Shown here piece after piece: positions 41,921-45,239 of a DNA stretch of 45,239 bases. The notes beneath the pieces were generated by a model that did not search any database, was not told the origin of the DNA, and saw nothing but the letters and a program-made list of their open reading frames with translations. A program made the translations under genes and the position numbers. This DNA is from a virus (Duplodnaviria; Caudoviricetes), in IMG/VR virus record IMGVR_UViG_3300032373_000029, positions 1 through 45,239 of that record; one strand, given 5' to 3'. Within the stretch, counting starts at the first letter, position 1. Each line of letters begins with the position of its first letter.

Positions 41921-43834
41921 TCACCACCCGTCCGTGTAGGGGTCTAGCCAGTCGTCTTCGTCGTCCTCGTCGTCGGCATACAGCTGCCGCTCTCGTGTCT
42001 GTTGCTGGGCGATCTCGCGGATCGACTCGCGGTCTCCTGCGACTAGCAGCTCGGCTCCCACGACGCACATGTAACTGCAGTCCCAGAGGTGGTCGGGGCG
42101 GCCTCGCCGCTTCCGCCAGACCCACTTGCCCTCGCCGCTCGCGAGCTGCTCGTAGACCTGCCGCTGCCCGCACATTTGCTGGAGGTAGACGGGGTCTGCG
42201 GCCTGTGTTGTCTCCTCCCAGGAGTCGCTGCGGCAAAGGGCTGCGGTCTGGTCCTTCCAGTAGTTCGCGTGGGGCTGGACGAGCTCAACCTGCTTCTCCT
42301 TGTCGTCGCCGAAGCGGATCACCGTGAACGTGATCGGCTTCCCCTCCTGGGCCCCTTTCTTGGCCCCAGAGCCCTTCAGCGCCCGGACGTGCGGGGTCGT
42401 GGCCGCGAAGTCGTAGACGACCTGTGAGCGGGAGCCCTCGAGCGAGCCGCCCGCGGTGCCACCGCCGGCGTCCACGACCAGGAGCACAGCCGAGGCTGTC
42501 TTGTCGCTGCCCTCGATCGGCCAGCGCCTCTCCAGGGCGCGTTCGCGAAGCTCGTCGGTCGTCTCGACGCGGCCGAAGTCGATCAGCCGCGAGCGGCCGC
42601 CAGGGCCCCAGGCGCGGGTCACAAACCACCAGTGGTCCTTCTGGGTGTCCGCTGCCGAGACGAGAGCCGTCGCCCAGGCCGGGATCACGCCCGCCTTGTG
42701 CACGGCCTTCCGCTCGAAGAGGGCGGCCGTCAGGGAGCCGCGCTCCTGCTCGTAGGGGCGTCCGAGGGATCCGGTGAAGAAGTTCTGAACGTCGCCTGGC
42801 TTCACAGCCCGTAGGTAGCGAGCGACCAGGTCCGAGGTGCTGCGGCTCCAGTGGTAGAGCTCGTCTATGTGGACTGCACGCCGGCGCGAGGGCTCCCCGG
42901 GGGTCGTCCTGACCCAGGCGGCCCGCGGGTCCTCGTCGGCTCCGCGCACGTCGCGCAGCTTGCCCAGGCAGGAGGGGCACTCGATCCACGCGCTCTGCGT
43001 GCGCTCGACGTGCGCCGCTAGCAGGATCCGCAAAGTCGGGTCGCTTGGCGAGGTCGCGGCGCTCTGCTCGCAGCCCTCGGAGTCCAGCCAGCGGACTCGC
43101 TCCCACTCCAGCGGGGCCAACTCGCCGCACTCGGGGCAGGGCAGGTGCCGCTGCCGCTTGTCGAGACACTCGTCGTGCGCGGTGCAGATCAGGTCGTCTG
43201 CGTGCGCCGGCTTGCTCAAGAGCACGATCTTCCGCCGCCGCCCGAAGGTCTTGGTCCGCTCCTCGGCCAGGCCGATCGGTGAGCCCTCTTTGCCGACCTT
43301 CGAGGGATAGAGCCCCGTCTCGTCCAAGATCACACGGGGGAAGGGATCCGAGGCCAGCGAGGCCGGCGAGCCCGCCCAGCCAATCACGATCCGCATTCCG
43401 TTCGTGAGGATCAGCTCGTTGATCGAGTTCTTCCGCCGCCGCCCCCGCTGCCCGCCCGGCGCCGGCAGCAGGTGCTGCAGCGCGGGCGTGTTGCGGAACA
43501 TGGCCTTGAGCTTCTCCATGGCCTTCGTCGCCGGGAGCTCCGCGCTCATGACCCAGAGCACGTCGCCCGGATCGAGGAGAGCCCAGCGGCCGATTGCGCA
43601 GCGCACGAGCTCGCTGATCCCCATTTGTGCGGCTTTGAGGCACACGACCCAGTCCACGCTCGGGTCGGCCAAGAGCTCGAGGAAATACTTCTGCCAGCCG
43701 AGGGACCTCCACGGGCCCGGGTCTGCGCTCTCGTCGGGGCCCAGCACGCGGAAGGTGTCGGCCCACTCCCAGCCGCCGAGGTCGGGCGGGGGTTCCCAGA
43801 GCTGCTGCAGGTCTTTGACCCAGGCGAGGCTCAT
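41921..43834 (-). CDS. terL: Terminase large subunit, lambda GpA family (637 aa)
   Basis: WADTFRVL...PGPW, KAAQMGISE, ILDE, EGSPIGLAEERTKTF, CPECG, ADTQKD and DHLWDC. Confidence 0.95.
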   Translation of the reverse strand: MSLAWVKDLQQLWEPPPDLGGWEWADTFRVLGPDESADPGPWRSLGWQKYFLELLADPSVDWVVCLKAAQMGISELVRCAIGRWALLDPGDVLWVMSAELPATKAMEKLKAMFRNTPALQHLLPAPGGQRGRRRKNSINELILTNGMRIVIGWAGSPASLASDPFPRVILDETGLYPSKVGKEGSPIGLAEERTKTFGRRRKIVLLSKPAHADDLICTAHDECLDKRQRHLPCPECGELAPLEWERVRWLDSEGCEQSAATSPSDPTLRILLAAHVERTQSAWIECPSCLGKLRDVRGADEDPRAAWVRTTPGEPSRRRAVHIDELYHWSRSTSDLVARYLRAVKPGDVQNFFTGSLGRPYEQERGSLTAALFERKAVHKAGVIPAWATALVSAADTQKDHWWFVTRAWGPGGRSRLIDFGRVETTDELRERALERRWPIEGSDKTASAVLLVVDAGGGTAGGSLEGSRSQVVYDFAATTPHVRALKGSGAKKGAQEGKPITFTVIRFGDDKEKQVELVQPHANYWKDQTAALCRSDSWEETTQAADPVYLQQMCGQRQVYEQLASGEGKWVWRKRRGRPDHLWDCSYMCVVGAELLVAGDRESIREIAQQQTRERQLYADDEDDEDDWLDPYTDGW

Positions 43835-44229
43835 AGACAGGCCCTGAAGAGGTGCCGGTTGGCCTCAAACTCTTCTTCGGTGGTCGGGAATGCCGGGGCC
43901 CACTTCCCTGGATACTTCCTGAAGGCCTTGGGCTCTTCGATTGCCCGAATCTTTGCCAGGCACACGAAGCACCAGGACGACTCAGGGATCCGCTGCGGGT
44001 GGCCACAACGGCGATCAAGGCAAAGGCGCTTGCACTCGTGGCAGTGCCAATGCGGGCCCTTCTTGCCAAGGGTGCGTTGAGCACAAACCCCGCAACCGGG
44101 CCCCCTGCTGGCCAGCGCCTCAAGCAGCGCCTCGGGCCCGAAGACCTCCAGCAGCTCGGCGGGGTCAGGCCTACCGAGGGCGCCAGACCGCAGGGCGCGG
44201 AGGGCGCGCATTCGCTCGCGGTCGATCAT
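43831..44229 (-). CDS. Cys-rich hypothetical protein (132 aa)
   Basis: CGVC, CHEC, C..RRC and CFVC motifs; ATGA overlaps. Confidence 0.6.
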   Translation of the reverse strand: MIDRERMRALRALRSGALGRPDPAELLEVFGPEALLEALASRGPGCGVCAQRTLGKKGPHWHCHECKRLCLDRRCGHPQRIPESSWCFVCLAKIRAIEEPKAFRKYPGKWAPAFPTTEEEFEANRHLFRACL

Positions 44230-44384
44230 GAGCACCTACACCCAGCCGGGACGAAGTCGCAGCCAGGGCATGGGATCAAGTCTTGGCGCCCAGCAAGAAT
44301 GCAAGCCAGCTCAAAGGTTCCGCGGTGCCCGCTAGATAGGCCTGCCGCCATGATCTCGACTGGAGTCGGGGCGCTCTCGCTCAC
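44226..44384 (-). CDS. Small Cys-containing protein (52 aa)
   Basis: Start re-called to GTG at 44384; CPGC...CRC. Confidence 0.5.
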   Translation of the reverse strand: MSESAPTPVEIMAAGLSSGHRGTFELACILAGRQDLIPCPGCDFVPAGCRCS

Positions 44385-44635
44385 GCCGAGCCCCTGCCGC
44401 AGACGCAGCACCACTTACCCGTGATCGCGCCCGCCTGGGGTCCCCCGCAGACGCAGCACTTGGGGTTCGCTGGATCCTTCGGGAGCAAGGGATTCGCTGC
44501 TGCGATCCCGTGAGGGGTGAGGGGGTGCGGAGAGACCCCGCCGCTACACGTTTCGCACGAGGGGGAGTTGAAGAAACAAGGGCAACCACCGCACCCTTCG
44601 CACTCGGCACCACCACAGCGTCTGCAAACCCTCAC
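44381..44635 (-). CDS. Very Cys-rich small protein (84 aa)
   Basis: CRRC, CEGC, CPC, CETC and two CCVC motifs; GTGA overlap with terS. Confidence 0.55.
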   Translation of the reverse strand: MRVCRRCGGAECEGCGGCPCFFNSPSCETCSGGVSPHPLTPHGIAAANPLLPKDPANPKCCVCGGPQAGAITGKWCCVCGRGSA

Positions 44636-45162
44636 AGTGCCAGCTCCTCCCGCGCGAAGCTCTCCAGCACGCGCCGAAACTCCCGCTCAAGCAGATCGTG
44701 CCGCTCGTCGTAACTCATGCCCTCCATGCGCTGAGACAGCAGCGAGGGCAGTGAACGAAGGCGGGTCTTAACGACCTCGACCTGGGCGCCCCAGGCGCGC
44801 TTCACGTCCTCGTAGGGCACGAGCTCGCCGAGGGCCTCGGCCTCGATCCGCTCCCGCTTCTTCTTCTCAAGCTCTTTGATCGCGAGGTTGACTCGACGGA
44901 TCTCCTCGGCGAGGTCAGCAGCGTCAAGCTCCTCGTCAGCTCGTCCAGAGGGGCGCCCGAGGGGCTCCGCACCCTCCGGGGGGCGGCCCACGTCGCCAGA
45001 CCTCGCCGTGCTCCTGATCCAGCCCTTGACCTTCGCCAGGTCGAAGACGAGAGGCGCCCGCGGCCCAGCCCCGCGGCGCTCGTGAGGGCAGCCGGCAGCG
45101 AGGTAGGTCGTCAGGGTGCGGCGGGAGACCCCAAGGGTCGCACAGAGCTCTGCTGCCTTCAT
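44632..45162 (-). CDS. terS: Terminase small subunit, Nu1-like (176 aa)
   Basis: N-terminal HTH (ELCATLGVSRRTLTTYLAAGCP...FDLAKVKGW), coiled coil, then GELVP...RLRSLP. Confidence 0.85.
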   Translation of the reverse strand: MKAAELCATLGVSRRTLTTYLAAGCPHERRGAGPRAPLVFDLAKVKGWIRSTARSGDVGRPPEGAEPLGRPSGRADEELDAADLAEEIRRVNLAIKELEKKKRERIEAEALGELVPYEDVKRAWGAQVEVVKTRLRSLPSLLSQRMEGMSYDERHDLLEREFRRVLESFAREELAL

Positions 45163-45239
45163 GGGCTGCAGCGTCAGTCAGCGCCCCGACGGGGGTTGGC
45201 AGAATAGCTTCCAACCAATTCATAGCCGCCGAGGGCCTA

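Overview
The window reads as an essentially complete, high-GC temperate tailed-phage genome of about 45 kb. It appears to be in the excised or virion configuration and opened at or very near its cos site: a lambda-type cosQ heptamer (GGGTCCT, minus strand) lies 30 nt from the left edge, and terS starts 77 nt from the right edge. Most genes run on the minus strand, often with 1-4 nt start/stop overlaps. Packaging and head: Nu1-like TerS, three Cys-rich ORFs, GpA-type TerL, an inverted gpW+portal pair, prohead protease/scaffold, DUF2190-like cement and a Mu gpT-like major capsid protein. Tail and lysis: an atypical tail module, and membrane/lipoprotein lysis-type genes with no recognisable endolysin. 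Central region: a micro-peptide/RHH regulatory unit, a plus-strand accessory cassette with its own promoter, a tyrosine integrase, a probable attP and about 1.1 kb of repeat-rich control DNA with no recognisable CI repressor. Early operon: Xis-like HTH, ORF6N protein, Cas4/AddB-like nuclease, SSB-like protein, a RecD2 helicase split in two around a DUF5131 gene, RuvC-like resolvase, primase-helicase with a downstream iteron origin, and an ASCH protein. The best candidate for a new system is the three-gene cassette at 19449-20952: a DUF3467-like protein with a histone-like tail, an antitoxin-like protein and an ADP-ribosyltransferase-like toxin. The next best is the fold-back micro-peptide/RHH unit at 21228-21700. 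All product calls come from motif recognition by eye; no searches were run.
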